This document shows, piece by piece, positions 46,934 through 57,630 of a stretch of 64,000 bases of DNA (position 1 is the stretch's first letter; every line of letters starts with the position of its first letter). The notes under the pieces were generated by a model, which did not search any database, had not been told where the DNA came from, and saw nothing but the letters and a program-made list of their open reading frames with translations. This DNA comes from an uncultured virus (IMG/VR IMGVR_UViG_3300034272_002779) (Duplodnaviria; Heunggongvirae; Uroviricota; Caudoviricetes). The stretch lies in IMG/VR virus record IMGVR_UViG_3300034272_002779; one strand, given 5' to 3'. The position numbers and the translations under genes were made by a program.

Positions 46934-47013
46934 AGGTGTGTATCCCCTCATGCTTATACCATGTAGAAAGGGTAGTTGGTTACACGAGGGTTCAAGTCCC
47001 TCCGCACCTACCA
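46934..47013 (+). ncRNA. non-canonical tRNA-like RNA with UAU anticodon
   Basis: Acceptor AGGTGTG/CGCACCT-A-CCA, normal T arm, no D arm in the usual place, loop CT-TAT-AC. Confidence 0.7.
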
Positions 47014-47022
47014 ATAAACAAT

Positions 47023-47096
47023 ACCTCGGTAGCCCAATTGGCAGAGGCGCTAGATTTAGGATCTAGTTAGTGTGGGTTCGAATCCCACTCGAGGTA
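47023..47096 (+). tRNA. tRNA-Leu(UAG), short variable loop
   Basis: Loop TT-TAG-GA. Confidence 0.88.
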
Positions 47097-47102
47097 CAGA
47101 AA

Positions 47103-47188
47103 GGAAAGTAATGCTCGATGGTGAGAGTGCCCGCCTGCTAAGCGAGGTGTCCGGGAAACCGGATGTGGTTCGATTCCACTGCTTTCCG
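47103..47188 (+). tRNA. tRNA-Ser(GCU)
   Basis: Long variable arm, G73. Confidence 0.82.
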
Positions 47189-47253
47189 CTTAATTTTTTT
47201 TTTAATTCGGGAAACAATATTAAATTTGGATCATAAATAATAAGAATAAACAT

Positions 47254-47328
47254 CGCGGGTTAGACTGGAGGTGGTTCCCAGCTCGGTCTCATAAGCCGAA
47301 GACACAGGTTCGAATCCTGTACCCGCTA
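47254..47328 (+). tRNA. initiator-type tRNA-fMet(CAU)
   Basis: CGCGGG start with unpaired C1; loop CT-CAT-AA. Confidence 0.85.
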
Positions 47329-47356
47329 CTTCTAGTAGTTCTTTGAACTAAAAATA

Positions 47357-47565
47357 TTGATAGTGGTCTTCCCCACCCAACGGATGTCGACAATCCAGGA
47401 GTGGAACCGGAATTCATCACCCTTTCTGCCGAGGCCTCGTAAAACTACGATTAAGCAGTTAAGATTGGAGCGAGATGGGTACTCCATCACTATCGATAAC
47501 ATTGGGCCAGATCAAGCCTCTTGCGAAAGCAACGTAATCTGCCTCCGTAACCACGCCGGAGGAAT
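47357..47565 (+). ncRNA. candidate structured RNA(s)
   Basis: GATAGTG/CACTATC closing stem, internal hairpins, GAAA tetraloop hairpin, CCTCCG/CGGAGG. Confidence 0.45.
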
Positions 47566-47569
47566 TTAA

Positions 47570-47643
47570 GGTCCGTTAGTAGAGTTGGTTACAACGCCGC
47601 CCTGTCACGGCGGAGGTCAGGGGTTCGAATCCCCTACGGACCG
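47570..47643 (+). tRNA. tRNA-Asp(GUC)
   Basis: Cloverleaf. Confidence 0.95.
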
Positions 47644-47647
47644 CAAC

Positions 47648-47920
47648 GAGTAAGAGGTACTCGCTTCGTTTTTGACTACGATAAAAGGTCACGGTTAATG
47701 TCCAGGTGGTAACCGGAATTGGTATTGAAGGGCTCCTATCTCTTAGGTAGGTATGGGTCAATATCATTAAAATACTGGAACTGAGATTAAAGGCAGGTAG
47801 CAGAGCCTCTCAGTAGCTTGACAGGTTTTTATGTGGTAAGACACTAATGAAAGTAATGGTTCTCGAAACAGCAAGAGAAACCCGTTAAAATCTAGCTTAG
47901 CAAATCTCACTAAGCGAAAC
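47648..47920 (+). ncRNA. candidate structured RNA(s)
   Basis: Stems CGGTTA/TAACCG, TGGTATTGA/TCAATATCA, ACTGAG/CTCAGT, GCTTAG/CTAAGC. Confidence 0.45.
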
Positions 47921-47922
47921 TT

Positions 47923-47994
47923 GGTCCCTTCGTCTATCGGTTAGGACGTTAGGTTTTCATCCTAGAAAGAGGGGTTCGATTCCCCTAGGGACTA
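47923..47994 (+). tRNA. tRNA-Glu(UUC)
   Basis: Cloverleaf. Confidence 0.93.
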
Positions 47995-48004
47995 CAAATT
48001 AAAT

Positions 48005-48118
48005 GGTGTAAAAGGACCAGACGATGACTCGGTATTACTGCCCGAGATACTAGTTCAGCAGCATGGTAGGTGACAGAGTACGTAGTCTGGTGAGACGGGT
48101 TCGATTCCCTCTACACCA
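48005..48118 (+). ncRNA. tRNA-like RNA with acceptor stem and T arm around a long insert
   Basis: GGTGTA/TACACC-A, GGG-TTCGATT-CCC, ACCAGAC/GTCTGGT stem. Confidence 0.6.
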
Positions 48119-48329
48119 CGATTCTCGGAGGAATGTTAGAGAAAAAACCCGATTATGAGGAAAGAGGGTTTGATTTCTATCTGGGAATTTTTTTAATTGT
48201 TTCTATAAAGCTGAGAATGTTTACGGTATTAGTTTACTGTAAACATTTTTGGTTTTTAGAGGTGTAGTTTTGGTTAATCCTGATATATAGATAGAGGTCT
48301 AAACACCTCATAAAAATAACCAAACAAAC

Positions 48330-48659
48330 ATGTTAAAATTTCTAAGAGATCTTTTCAATGACAACAACGACATCAATGAAAAATCAGTAGTTGGGTTTCT
48401 TTCTTTCCTTGCTATGGTTGCTGCTATGATAGTAGATCTAATCACTGGAGCTTTAGGAAAGGAGCTTTTAATTAACGAATTCATCTTCGATGGATTCCTT
48501 ATTATCACGCTGGGATCATTCGGTATTGCAGCAGTAGATAAATGGGTAACTAAAAGGGCAGATAATGTTAGACATAAATCTAACTTAGATGCTGGTTTGA
48601 ACCCTGAAGATCCATCTAATTCAGAAGACCCTATCGACTCTCCTACAGAGGATCAATAA
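48330..48659 (+). CDS. holin-like two-TM membrane protein
   Basis: Two TM segments, charged tail, late-type promoter. Confidence 0.55.
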   Translation: MLKFLRDLFNDNNDINEKSVVGFLSFLAMVAAMIVDLITGALGKELLINEFIFDGFLIITLGSFGIAAVDKWVTKRADNVRHKSNLDAGLNPEDPSNSEDPIDSPTEDQ

Positions 48660-48687
48660 GGATATATAGTTTAAAAATAAAGCTAAG

Positions 48688-49158
48688 ATGGCTTATAGAA
48701 TAATACTCAGAAGAGATGGTTCTACAAATTGGGAATCACAAAATCCAGTTCTTTTATTAGGAGAACCGGGATATGAAACAGATACTGGTAAATTTAAGAT
48801 TGGTGACGGATCTAGTATGTGGTCTGATTTGGACTACTATGTAGGAGCTACGGGAGGTACCGGTGCAACAGGAGCTGTTGGAATTACCGGTGCAACTGGA
48901 AGTGTCGGTGCAACTGGAGCTACCGGAGTAACTGGTCCAACCGGAGCTACCGGGGTTACTGGTCCAACCGGAGCTGCTGGTACTGGACCTAATACTTTCT
49001 ATGGTAATCAAACTATTGTTGGGGGAACATCAGGAACATTAATTCTCTCTGGTTATTCGGTTCTTAATTTTCCGGACGATCCTAGTGCTGCTACTGGCGG
49101 TGTACCTCTGGGAGGATTTTATCATAACGCTGGAGCTTTAAGAATCAGAATATCTTAA
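48688..49158 (+). CDS. collagen-like fibre protein
   Basis: LRR....W...[21 protein letters not shown]-terminal domain plus GxT repeats. Confidence 0.8.
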   Translation: MAYRIILRRDGSTNWESQNPVLLLGEPGYETDTGKFKIGDGSSMWSDLDYYVGATGGTGATGAVGITGATGSVGATGATGVTGPTGATGVTGPTGAAGTGPNTFYGNQTIVGGTSGTLILSGYSVLNFPDDPSAATGGVPLGGFYHNAGALRIRIS

Positions 49159-49240
49159 ACCGGCAATAAAAATTAAATAAGTCCGGCGTTAACACGTTGG
49201 ACTTATTTATGATATATAGATAAGAAAATAATAAGATAGG

Positions 49241-50278
<1,038 letters not shown>

Positions 50279-50346
50279 TTTTATCATTCACTTAATGGAA
50301 TTTTTCTATTACTTTACGATAGAATAATTACATTAAATATAGAAAG

Positions 50347-52404
50347 ATGAGCTACGACGACGAAATGGATGACATCCAACAAAACAAGAATAAAGTACCT
50401 GGAAAAACTCCAGTTCTGGATTCATATTCTAGAGATCTAACAGAGATGGCAGCTAAAGGGCAACTGGATCCAATTATAGGTAGAGACGAGGAGATCGAGA
50501 GAGTTTCTCAGATTCTATCTAGAAGAAAAAAGAATAATCCGGTTCTTATTGGAGAGCCCGGTGTAGGTAAATCTGCAATTGCAGAAGGTCTGGCTTTAAA
50601 GATTGTTCAGAGGAAAGTTTCGCGTACTCTACTAAATAAAAGAGTGCTAACTCTAGATCTAGGATCACTAGTTGCTGGAACTAAGTACAGAGGACAATTT
50701 GAGGAAAGAATTAAAGCAATTTTAGAAGAGCTTAAAGCAAACACTAATGTTATTATATTCATCGATGAGATCCACACTATGGTTGGCGCTGGTGGTGCTT
50801 CAGGTTCACTTGATGCTTCTAATATGTTTAAACCCCCACTAGCTAGAGGAGAGATACAGTGTATAGGTGCTACCACTCTTAATGAATACCGTCAGCACAT
50901 AGAGAAAGACGGTGCACTGGAAAGAAGGTTTCAGAAGGTACTAGTAAATCCACCAGATTCTGATACGACATTAGAAATTCTAGATAACATAAAAGCTAAA
51001 TATGAGGACCATCATAATGTTACTTATACGGAGGATGCGATAGTTAACTGTGTTAAGCTAACAGAAAGATACATTACCGATAGGAACTTCCCAGATAAAG
51101 CTCTAGACGCATTAGATGAAGCGGGGAGTAGAACACAACTTAGCGACGTGAAGGTTCCTGATTCGATAACAGCATTAGAAAAAAATCTGGAGCAAACTCA
51201 AAAAACAAAAAAAGAAGCAGTAGCTAAACAAGACTATGAGGGGGCTGCAAAATACCGTGACCAGGAAAGAAAAATTAAAATCTCACTTGATACTGAAATA
51301 AAAATCTGGGAAGAAAAACTAAAATCTAAAAGAAAGATAGTAGACGGGGAGAAGGTAGCTGAGGTCGTATCTATGATGTCAGGAATCCCCCTTAAGAAAG
51401 TTTCGGAAACCGAAAATGAAAGACTGGCCGTAATGTCTACCGAGTTAAAAGGTAAGGTAATAGGACAGGATCACGTAATAGAAAAAGTATCCCGAGCAAT
51501 ATTAAGAAACAGAATGGGATTAAAGGATCCAAATAAGCCAATCGGATCTTTCCTTTTTCTTGGTCCAACTGGAGTAGGTAAAACCCAACTAGCAAAAGAA
51601 TTAGCCGAATATATGTTTGGTGATAGGGATGCTATGATCAGAGTAGATATGAGTGAATACTCGGAAAAATTTGATGCTACTAAATTAATCGGAGCACCTC
51701 CGGGATATGTGGGCCACGATGAAGGTGGACAACTTACCGAGAAGGTAAGAAGAAAACCATATTCAATTGTTCTTTTTGACGAGATAGAAAAAGCACATCC
51801 GGAAATATTTAATTCTCTTCTCCAGATACTAGATGAAGGAAATATCACCGACAGCTTAGGTAGAAAAATAAACTTTAAGAACACTTTGATAATTCTTACC
51901 TCTAATGTTGGTCAGAGAAAACTTCAGGACTTTGGACCGGGTGTAGGATTTTCCACATCAACTAAAGCCAAATCTTCGGATCTGGAGAATGAAATGCTTT
52001 TAAAGAAAGAATTACAGAAAACATTTTCTCCAGAATTTATAAACAGACTGGATGATATTATTTACTTCAAAAATCTAGATAGAGAACATCTAATAAAAAT
52101 TCTAGACGTTGAACTATCTCGTGTTATACCTAGATTGGAATCATTGGGATACAAGATAAAGATTGCTGATGATTTAAAGAATAAAATATGTGAGGATGGA
52201 TTCGATCCTAAATTCGGTGCTAGACCACTTAAAAGAATCATGCAGAAGTACATAGAAGACACTCTAGCAGACTTAATGGTCCAGAATAAGATAGAGAATG
52301 GTTCTACCATAATTTTGTCCTATGACGTCAAAAAAGAAGGCGGAATAGAAAATCCAGTTAAGGTTAAAATAAATAATAAAAGAAAACCCAAGGACAATGA
52401 TTAA
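50347..52404 (+). CDS. clpC: ClpC-like AAA+ chaperone lacking the N-terminal Clp domain
   Basis: Two AAA modules ([16 protein letters not shown]), GYVG loop, UVR-type linker ([13 protein letters not shown]). Confidence 0.92.
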   Translation: MSYDDEMDDIQQNKNKVPGKTPVLDSYSRDLTEMAAKGQLDPIIGRDEEIERVSQILSRRKKNNPVLIGEPGVGKSAIAEGLALKIVQRKVSRTLLNKRVLTLDLGSLVAGTKYRGQFEERIKAILEELKANTNVIIFIDEIHTMVGAGGASGSLDASNMFKPPLARGEIQCIGATTLNEYRQHIEKDGALERRFQKVLVNPPDSDTTLEILDNIKAKYEDHHNVTYTEDAIVNCVKLTERYITDRNFPDKALDALDEAGSRTQLSDVKVPDSITALEKNLEQTQKTKKEAVAKQDYEGAAKYRDQERKIKISLDTEIKIWEEKLKSKRKIVDGEKVAEVVSMMSGIPLKKVSETENERLAVMSTELKGKVIGQDHVIEKVSRAILRNRMGLKDPNKPIGSFLFLGPTGVGKTQLAKELAEYMFGDRDAMIRVDMSEYSEKFDATKLIGAPPGYVGHDEGGQLTEKVRRKPYSIVLFDEIEKAHPEIFNSLLQILDEGNITDSLGRKINFKNTLIILTSNVGQRKLQDFGPGVGFSTSTKAKSSDLENEMLLKKELQKTFSPEFINRLDDIIYFKNLDREHLIKILDVELSRVIPRLESLGYKIKIADDLKNKICEDGFDPKFGARPLKRIMQKYIEDTLADLMVQNKIENGSTIILSYDVKKEGGIENPVKVKINNKRKPKDND

Positions 52405-52594
52405 AATAGAAGTTTCTGGAAAAATGAGTATTGAAGCTGCTCTTAAAAAATACAGAGCAAAATACACTAAAATAGGAATTGCTAAAGAGCTTTTCGAAAG
52501 GAAAGAATTTAAGAAGCCTAGTGTAGAAAAAAGGGATGAGATATCCAGGGCCAAGTACCGGGAAACTCTCAATAGAAAATCAAACGAGGATTAG
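52397..52594 (+). CDS. rpsU: 30S ribosomal protein bS21
   Basis: IE.ALKKY..K....G...EL..RKEF.KPSV.KR. Confidence 0.85.
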   Translation: MIKIEVSGKMSIEAALKKYRAKYTKIGIAKELFERKEFKKPSVEKRDEISRAKYRETLNRKSNED

Positions 52595-53145
52595 AGATTC
52601 CAAGCTGGATTTGCTACTATAAGTTTTCCGTTCTCTATTCTTGGTATAGGCTTAGTTGAGTACACGTCATCATATTCTACCTGATCTGGATAAAATTTTT
52701 GACCATCGAACATAATGTAGTTACCCTCGTCCCTACCTCTGTGGCTAAATCCTTTACCCTTTAAAGAATCCCTAGCGGCATCATCGATAGAGGGTTTGCC
52801 AAAAATGGAACTCCAAAAACTCTCATTTACTGGAACCCCTGGTATTTCCATATCCTTGATTGATCTCAAAGCCTTATCCATAACACTGTTACTACCGTCA
52901 TTTGGCCAATTGGCTGCAAATGCTAACATGGAGGTTGCTTTTTTTCTAATATCCTTAGATGGAACTATTTTTGATTTCTTTACTGCTGTTAGTAAATCTT
53001 TAGCTAGTTCCTCTCCTGATTTATAAACATCAGTGATTTTTTTATCTGCTGGTATTTTAAGCAGCCTGTGCATGAGTCCTTTTTCCGCTTCGTTAATATT
53101 AGATACGAAAGATTCGAAAAGAAATAAATTATCTAAAGATTCCAT
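52591..53145 (-). CDS. tagged two-part hypothetical protein
   Basis: MESLDNLFLFESFVSNINEA, internal VNES. Confidence 0.7.
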   Translation of the reverse strand: MESLDNLFLFESFVSNINEAEKGLMHRLLKIPADKKITDVYKSGEELAKDLLTAVKKSKIVPSKDIRKKATSMLAFAANWPNDGSNSVMDKALRSIKDMEIPGVPVNESFWSSIFGKPSIDDAARDSLKGKGFSHRGRDEGNYIMFDGQKFYPDQVEYDDVYSTKPIPRIENGKLIVANPAWNL

Positions 53146-53195
53146 TTTTTGCAAGATTTTTTGATATGATTATATATCCTGTAATACAAATCAAA

Positions 53196-53402
53196 ATGGA
53201 TAAAGAAAAAGGAACAAGTACTAATACCAAGATCACTAAAGAAAACATCCTGCTCAAAAGCAAAATAGCGTATTCTATAGGATCACTAGAAACCATTAAC
53301 TATCTACTTAAAAATGACGACCCGGAAATTCTAGGAAAAAACCTTGACCATTTAAGAAATACAGTTTCTAGAGTTTTAGAGGATCTAAAGAAGGGGATTT
53401 AG
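53196..53402 (+). CDS. hypothetical protein
   Basis: ORF track. Confidence 0.55.
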   Translation: MDKEKGTSTNTKITKENILLKSKIAYSIGSLETINYLLKNDDPEILGKNLDHLRNTVSRVLEDLKKGI

Positions 53403-54055
53403 AGAATAACCGTAATTTTTCTAGAGCTATTTGAGAGTCTCACCTCTCCTTTTTTTGTATATTTCAAAGTAGATATACCATCCTTCATAATACTGTTTTC
53501 TGTAGGATTGGATTGGAAGGATCTTAGCTTATTTACATTTGTCCAATATGGAACAGAATCTATTTTTCTCTCATGTGATAGCGATCTGTATTTACAATCT
53601 TTCCTAAATGTAGGAACCCCCATTATTGAACATCTAAGAAGAACATCATCATCTTCGGCTCCCCATCCCCAGTATTCATTAGAGTATCCATTTATCTTAA
53701 CAAAACTTGCTTTGTCGAAAATGGTCACCCCTCCGAAATATCCATCGTATGGAAGTTTATAATCAAATTGTTCCGCTCTAGAAGCGAGATGTGTTGGTCC
53801 ATCAACATAACTATAGTCAGAATCTACCGGGAGCATATCAACATCATGGAAGGCATAATAGTCAAAATCAGGGAATTCCGCGTATCCAACATTGAGAAGT
53901 TTAGCACGGTTGAACTCCTTGTTATCACCTTGTTCGATTATCAGGATTTCAAAAGATATGTTCTCGTCTTTTAAAAATTTCTCCATATGAGGTATAAATT
54001 GGACGAGATGTTGCTCCCTGTTCCTGAACGGTACTATTATAGCTAATTTTTCCAT
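53399..54055 (-). CDS. beta-1,4-galactosyltransferase-like (GT7)
   Basis: IVPFRNR, FNRAKLLNVG, HDVD, YFGGV, NGYSN.YWGWG.EDDD. Confidence 0.93.
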   Translation of the reverse strand: MEKLAIIVPFRNREQHLVQFIPHMEKFLKDENISFEILIIEQGDNKEFNRAKLLNVGYAEFPDFDYYAFHDVDMLPVDSDYSYVDGPTHLASRAEQFDYKLPYDGYFGGVTIFDKASFVKINGYSNEYWGWGAEDDDVLLRCSIMGVPTFRKDCKYRSLSHERKIDSVPYWTNVNKLRSFQSNPTENSIMKDGISTLKYTKKGEVRLSNSSRKITVIL

Positions 54056-54138
54056 GGATCTTTTTATTTTCTATCCATATGGGACAAATTAGTTCCAATA
54101 AAGAGGAACTAATTCATTTTATTTTGATAGAATCAAAT

Positions 54139-54984
54139 ATGATTACGTTCGATCGGATAGGATATATGGGGAGACTTGGAAACCAAATGTTTCAGTTTGC
54201 TTCCACTATAGGTATATCTAAAGATTTACAACTCGATGCAAGATTTCCTATCGAAAATTGTTTTAACGTAACTCCCTCCGGTCCGTTTAATCAATCTTTA
54301 GGTTCTAACGAAATGGTTAAATGCGATTTACTAGAGTGCTTTGAAATAGATCAGTATTACTTTATCCCAAAGAGACATATATCATACACGGAAACATATA
54401 CTGAAACCGATTTTAAATACGATCCAGGAACCCGGAGAATAAAAGATTTCGTAAATATTGATGGATATTTTCAAACCGAAAAATACTTCTTAGAACATCG
54501 AGATCATATAATCTCTCAATTTAAATTCAAGGAAAATATTTTAGAATTAGCTAGATCCTTCGTAGAATCCAAAGGAAACCATGGGAATAGATTAGCTTCT
54601 ATCCATATTAGGAGAGGAGATTACGTAATGTATCCAAATCACCATCCCGTGTGTTCTATGGAATATTACATCGAATCGATATCAGATCTGGAATTTAAAT
54701 ATCCAGGAATCTCGTTCTTAATTTTCTCTGATGATCCTGATTGGTGTAGATTGAATTTCAAGGAGGATAAGTTTATAATCTGTGATATCGGCAATCCTTA
54801 TATAGAGATGTGCGCTATGTCTTTATGTGACGATAACATAATAGCAAACAGCTCGTTTAGTTGGTGGGGTGCTTGGTTAAATACCAAAGAAGATAAAACT
54901 GTCATAGCTCCGTCCAAGTGGTTTGGACATATGATACCCAAGGATACGTCCGATGTTTATTGTAATAAATGGATAAAAAAATAG
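54139..54984 (+). CDS. alpha-1,2-fucosyltransferase (GT11)
   Basis: GRLGNQMFQ, HIRRGDY, FSDD, NSSFSWWGAWL. Confidence 0.93.
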   Translation: MITFDRIGYMGRLGNQMFQFASTIGISKDLQLDARFPIENCFNVTPSGPFNQSLGSNEMVKCDLLECFEIDQYYFIPKRHISYTETYTETDFKYDPGTRRIKDFVNIDGYFQTEKYFLEHRDHIISQFKFKENILELARSFVESKGNHGNRLASIHIRRGDYVMYPNHHPVCSMEYYIESISDLEFKYPGISFLIFSDDPDWCRLNFKEDKFIICDIGNPYIEMCAMSLCDDNIIANSSFSWWGAWLNTKEDKTVIAPSKWFGHMIPKDTSDVYCNKWIKK

Positions 54985-54988
54985 ATTT

Positions 54989-55735
54989 ATGAAAACATTT
55001 TTTAGTATAACCATCAATACTTTTAATCATTCCGATTGGATAGAAAGATGTGTTAGAAGTTGTATTGAACAGGATTATGATAATTTTGAGGTTATACTTT
55101 TAGATGATATCTCAACCGATGGAACCTTTGAAATATGCGAGAAAATAAAATCAGAGGCAGGAGATAGATTAATAGTTTTACAAAATGAAAATAAGATCTA
55201 TTCTCAGGTAAAAAACATCTTGACCTTAACTCAAAAATCAAGACCTAATTCGGTGGTTGTTTCTGTTGATGGAGATGATTGGTTAAAGGATAATCAGGTT
55301 TTAAATAAGCTAGAAAGCGTTTACCGTCACGGAGATGTGTGGATGACATACGGGAGATATGAAGAGCACCCACATGGACATGCTCCAACCGAGTATCACG
55401 CATACCCATCAGATATTGTTGAAAGAAATGCTTTTAGGGAATATAATTGGTTAGCTTCACATTTAAGGACATATAAGAGAGAATTATTTCTCCTTATTAG
55501 TGATGCTGATTTTAAACTACCAGATGGTGAATGGCTAGATGTTACGGGGGATCAGGCTTTTATGCTACCTATGTTGGAAATGGCTGGAAATAAAAGCAGA
55601 TTTATAGACGAGATTCTGTATGTTTATAACGTGGCAAATCCCACAAGAGACGGAGCTACAAAGGTTGCTAGACAGATAGAGGTAGCCAACTACATTAGGG
55701 GAAAGGAAAGATATCAAAGGATAGAAACAATATAA
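54989..55735 (+). CDS. glycosyltransferase family 2
   Basis: DDISTD, VDGDDWL. Confidence 0.88.
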   Translation: MKTFFSITINTFNHSDWIERCVRSCIEQDYDNFEVILLDDISTDGTFEICEKIKSEAGDRLIVLQNENKIYSQVKNILTLTQKSRPNSVVVSVDGDDWLKDNQVLNKLESVYRHGDVWMTYGRYEEHPHGHAPTEYHAYPSDIVERNAFREYNWLASHLRTYKRELFLLISDADFKLPDGEWLDVTGDQAFMLPMLEMAGNKSRFIDEILYVYNVANPTRDGATKVARQIEVANYIRGKERYQRIETI

Positions 55736-55736
55736 G

Positions 55737-56366
55737 ATGAAAGAAAAATTCTTTATCGGGATAATATCCCACAGGAAAAGCACTAGAAGAGAAGAACAAA
55801 GGAAGATATGGGAAATGTATAATAATCCAGATCTTATTTATTATTACTTTGTTGGAGATCCCGATATAGAACAAGATTATTTAGTAGACGAGGCTACTAA
55901 GACAGTAACTTTAAAAGTCCAGGATAATTACGAATCACTTTCTAAAAAAACTAGAGGCATAGTAAAATTTTATCTAGATAACTTTTCCGATTCTACTAAG
56001 GGGATGTTAAAGACTGACGATGATATTCAGGTGGATCCCAATCTTATATACACTATGCTATCAGAAAATTCTCATAAGAACTATTATGGTGTTATGGTAA
56101 ATGTTGTTAACTACTATGAATCAACTTACCATTGGGGTAAGTGTGAATCCGAATATTGGAATCGTACTAGAGCTATAGTCCCGCAGGCAAAGTATTGTGC
56201 AGGAGGGGGGTATTATATAAGAAGAGAAATAGCCCAGCTTATGCCTGAGCGATTCGACATATACGGATCCATAATATTCGAGGATGTTGCCACTGGACTT
56301 CTCTTAAATAGACTGGATGTATATCCGGAAGATATCAATGTTAAAACGCAAGGATTAGTTTGGTAA
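55737..56366 (+). CDS. galactosyltransferase (GT31-like)
   Basis: DNYESL..KT, KTDDD, YC.GGGY, EDV.TG. Confidence 0.85.
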   Translation: MKEKFFIGIISHRKSTRREEQRKIWEMYNNPDLIYYYFVGDPDIEQDYLVDEATKTVTLKVQDNYESLSKKTRGIVKFYLDNFSDSTKGMLKTDDDIQVDPNLIYTMLSENSHKNYYGVMVNVVNYYESTYHWGKCESEYWNRTRAIVPQAKYCAGGGYYIRREIAQLMPERFDIYGSIIFEDVATGLLLNRLDVYPEDINVKTQGLVW

Positions 56367-56382
56367 TTTTCAAAAATAAAAA

Positions 56383-56916
56383 ATGGGATTCAGTAATACA
56401 AAAGATCAATTAACCCCCTTTATTTCCGACGTTTTCTTTGAAACCGGGACTTATCTTGGGTTTACCTCCAACGAAGCTAAGAGAATAGGTTATCCTCGGG
56501 TCGTAACTATAGAGCTTCAAGAACACCTTTATAACCAAGCGATTGAAAATAGTATAGGCGGAATAGAATACCATTTAGGAGATTCCCCGAAGGTAATGGC
56601 CGAACTCTTGCCTGGGATGGAAGGGAAAATAACCTTCTGGTTAGACGCACATATAGATTCCGGAAACTATATTCCGGAGATTACGCCTGAAATTAGGAAA
56701 TGTCCACTTTACGAGGAACTTCATTGCATAATGAATCTAAAAAGGAATGATCACACTATACTTATAGATGACATGGGCATCGTAGGTAATATTGGATGGG
56801 GGATAGGTACGGTAAGGGAGGAACTAATACGAATGATCCTTATGATTAATAAAGATTATAAAATTTACTATATAGAAGGAAAGGAACCTGATGATATACT
56901 GGTTGCCACAATCTAA
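56383..56916 (+). CDS. SAM-dependent methyltransferase-like
   Basis: FFETGT..G, GDS, FWLDAH, ILIDD. Confidence 0.75.
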   Translation: MGFSNTKDQLTPFISDVFFETGTYLGFTSNEAKRIGYPRVVTIELQEHLYNQAIENSIGGIEYHLGDSPKVMAELLPGMEGKITFWLDAHIDSGNYIPEITPEIRKCPLYEELHCIMNLKRNDHTILIDDMGIVGNIGWGIGTVREELIRMILMINKDYKIYYIEGKEPDDILVATI

Positions 56917-56928
56917 AAAATTTACGGT

Positions 56929-57627
56929 ATGAAAGTCTCTATTTGTATACCTTGTTATGAAATGAATAATCTGGGAGCAACTTTCCTTCATTTCAATTTA
57001 TCAAAGATATTATTTCAGACCTATGATAATATTGAGGTTATAATATCTGATCATAGTAAGGATGATTCAATCTTAAACATATGTAAAGATTTTTCCGACA
57101 GAGGTTTGGAAATATTACATATCAGAAATGAAAATATGGTAGGTAATTCATCAGCTAATTTAAATGAAGCAATTAAATTGGCAAAGGGTGATATTATTAA
57201 GGTTATTTTCCAGGACGATTTTCTGTATCACGATCGAAGTATAGAGGATATAGTTAGAGAATACCAAAAAGACAATAATGTTAAGTGGTTAGTTACCTCT
57301 TGTTGTCACACAGAAAATGGGTCTACATATTATAATTATATGGACCCTGAATACACCTTAAATATTCTGGAGGGGAATAACAGAATAAGCTCACCCAGTG
57401 TGCTTTCTTTTATTAATTCAGAGGATAAGTTATTATTCGATCCCGATTTTATCTGGTTAATGGACTGTGATTATTACTACAGAATGTACCAGAAGTACGG
57501 GGATCCGTTCTATCTAAAATCAACGAATGTAGTTAATCGGCACTGGGGAGGACAATTAACTAAAATCCTTCCTAAAGATATTATGGATAGGGAGCATTCA
57601 CTCATTCTAGAAAAAAACAAAAAATAA
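56929..57627 (+). CDS. glycosyltransferase family 2
   Basis: VSICIP.YE, SDHS, FQDD. Confidence 0.88.
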   Translation: MKVSICIPCYEMNNLGATFLHFNLSKILFQTYDNIEVIISDHSKDDSILNICKDFSDRGLEILHIRNENMVGNSSANLNEAIKLAKGDIIKVIFQDDFLYHDRSIEDIVREYQKDNNVKWLVTSCCHTENGSTYYNYMDPEYTLNILEGNNRISSPSVLSFINSEDKLLFDPDFIWLMDCDYYYRMYQKYGDPFYLKSTNVVNRHWGGQLTKILPKDIMDREHSLILEKNKK

Positions 57628-57630
57628 TAA

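Noticed and set aside
42793..47767. ORF-track ORFs overlapping tRNAs (e.g. 42793, 43149, 44598, 45948, 45973, 46727, 47056, 47576)
   Set aside because: They are translations of tRNA genes.
47840..47880. Hammerhead or pistol ribozyme
   Set aside because: CTAATGA...CGAAAC is present, but I could not build stem II or the pistol pseudoknot.
41675..48118. Stop-codon reassignment or suppressor tRNA
   Set aside because: No CUA, UUA or UCA anticodon found; genes read intact in the standard code and end in all three stops.
50607..52572. Antisense ORFs within clpC and similar shadow ORFs elsewhere
   Set aside because: Fully overlap well-supported genes and show no motifs.
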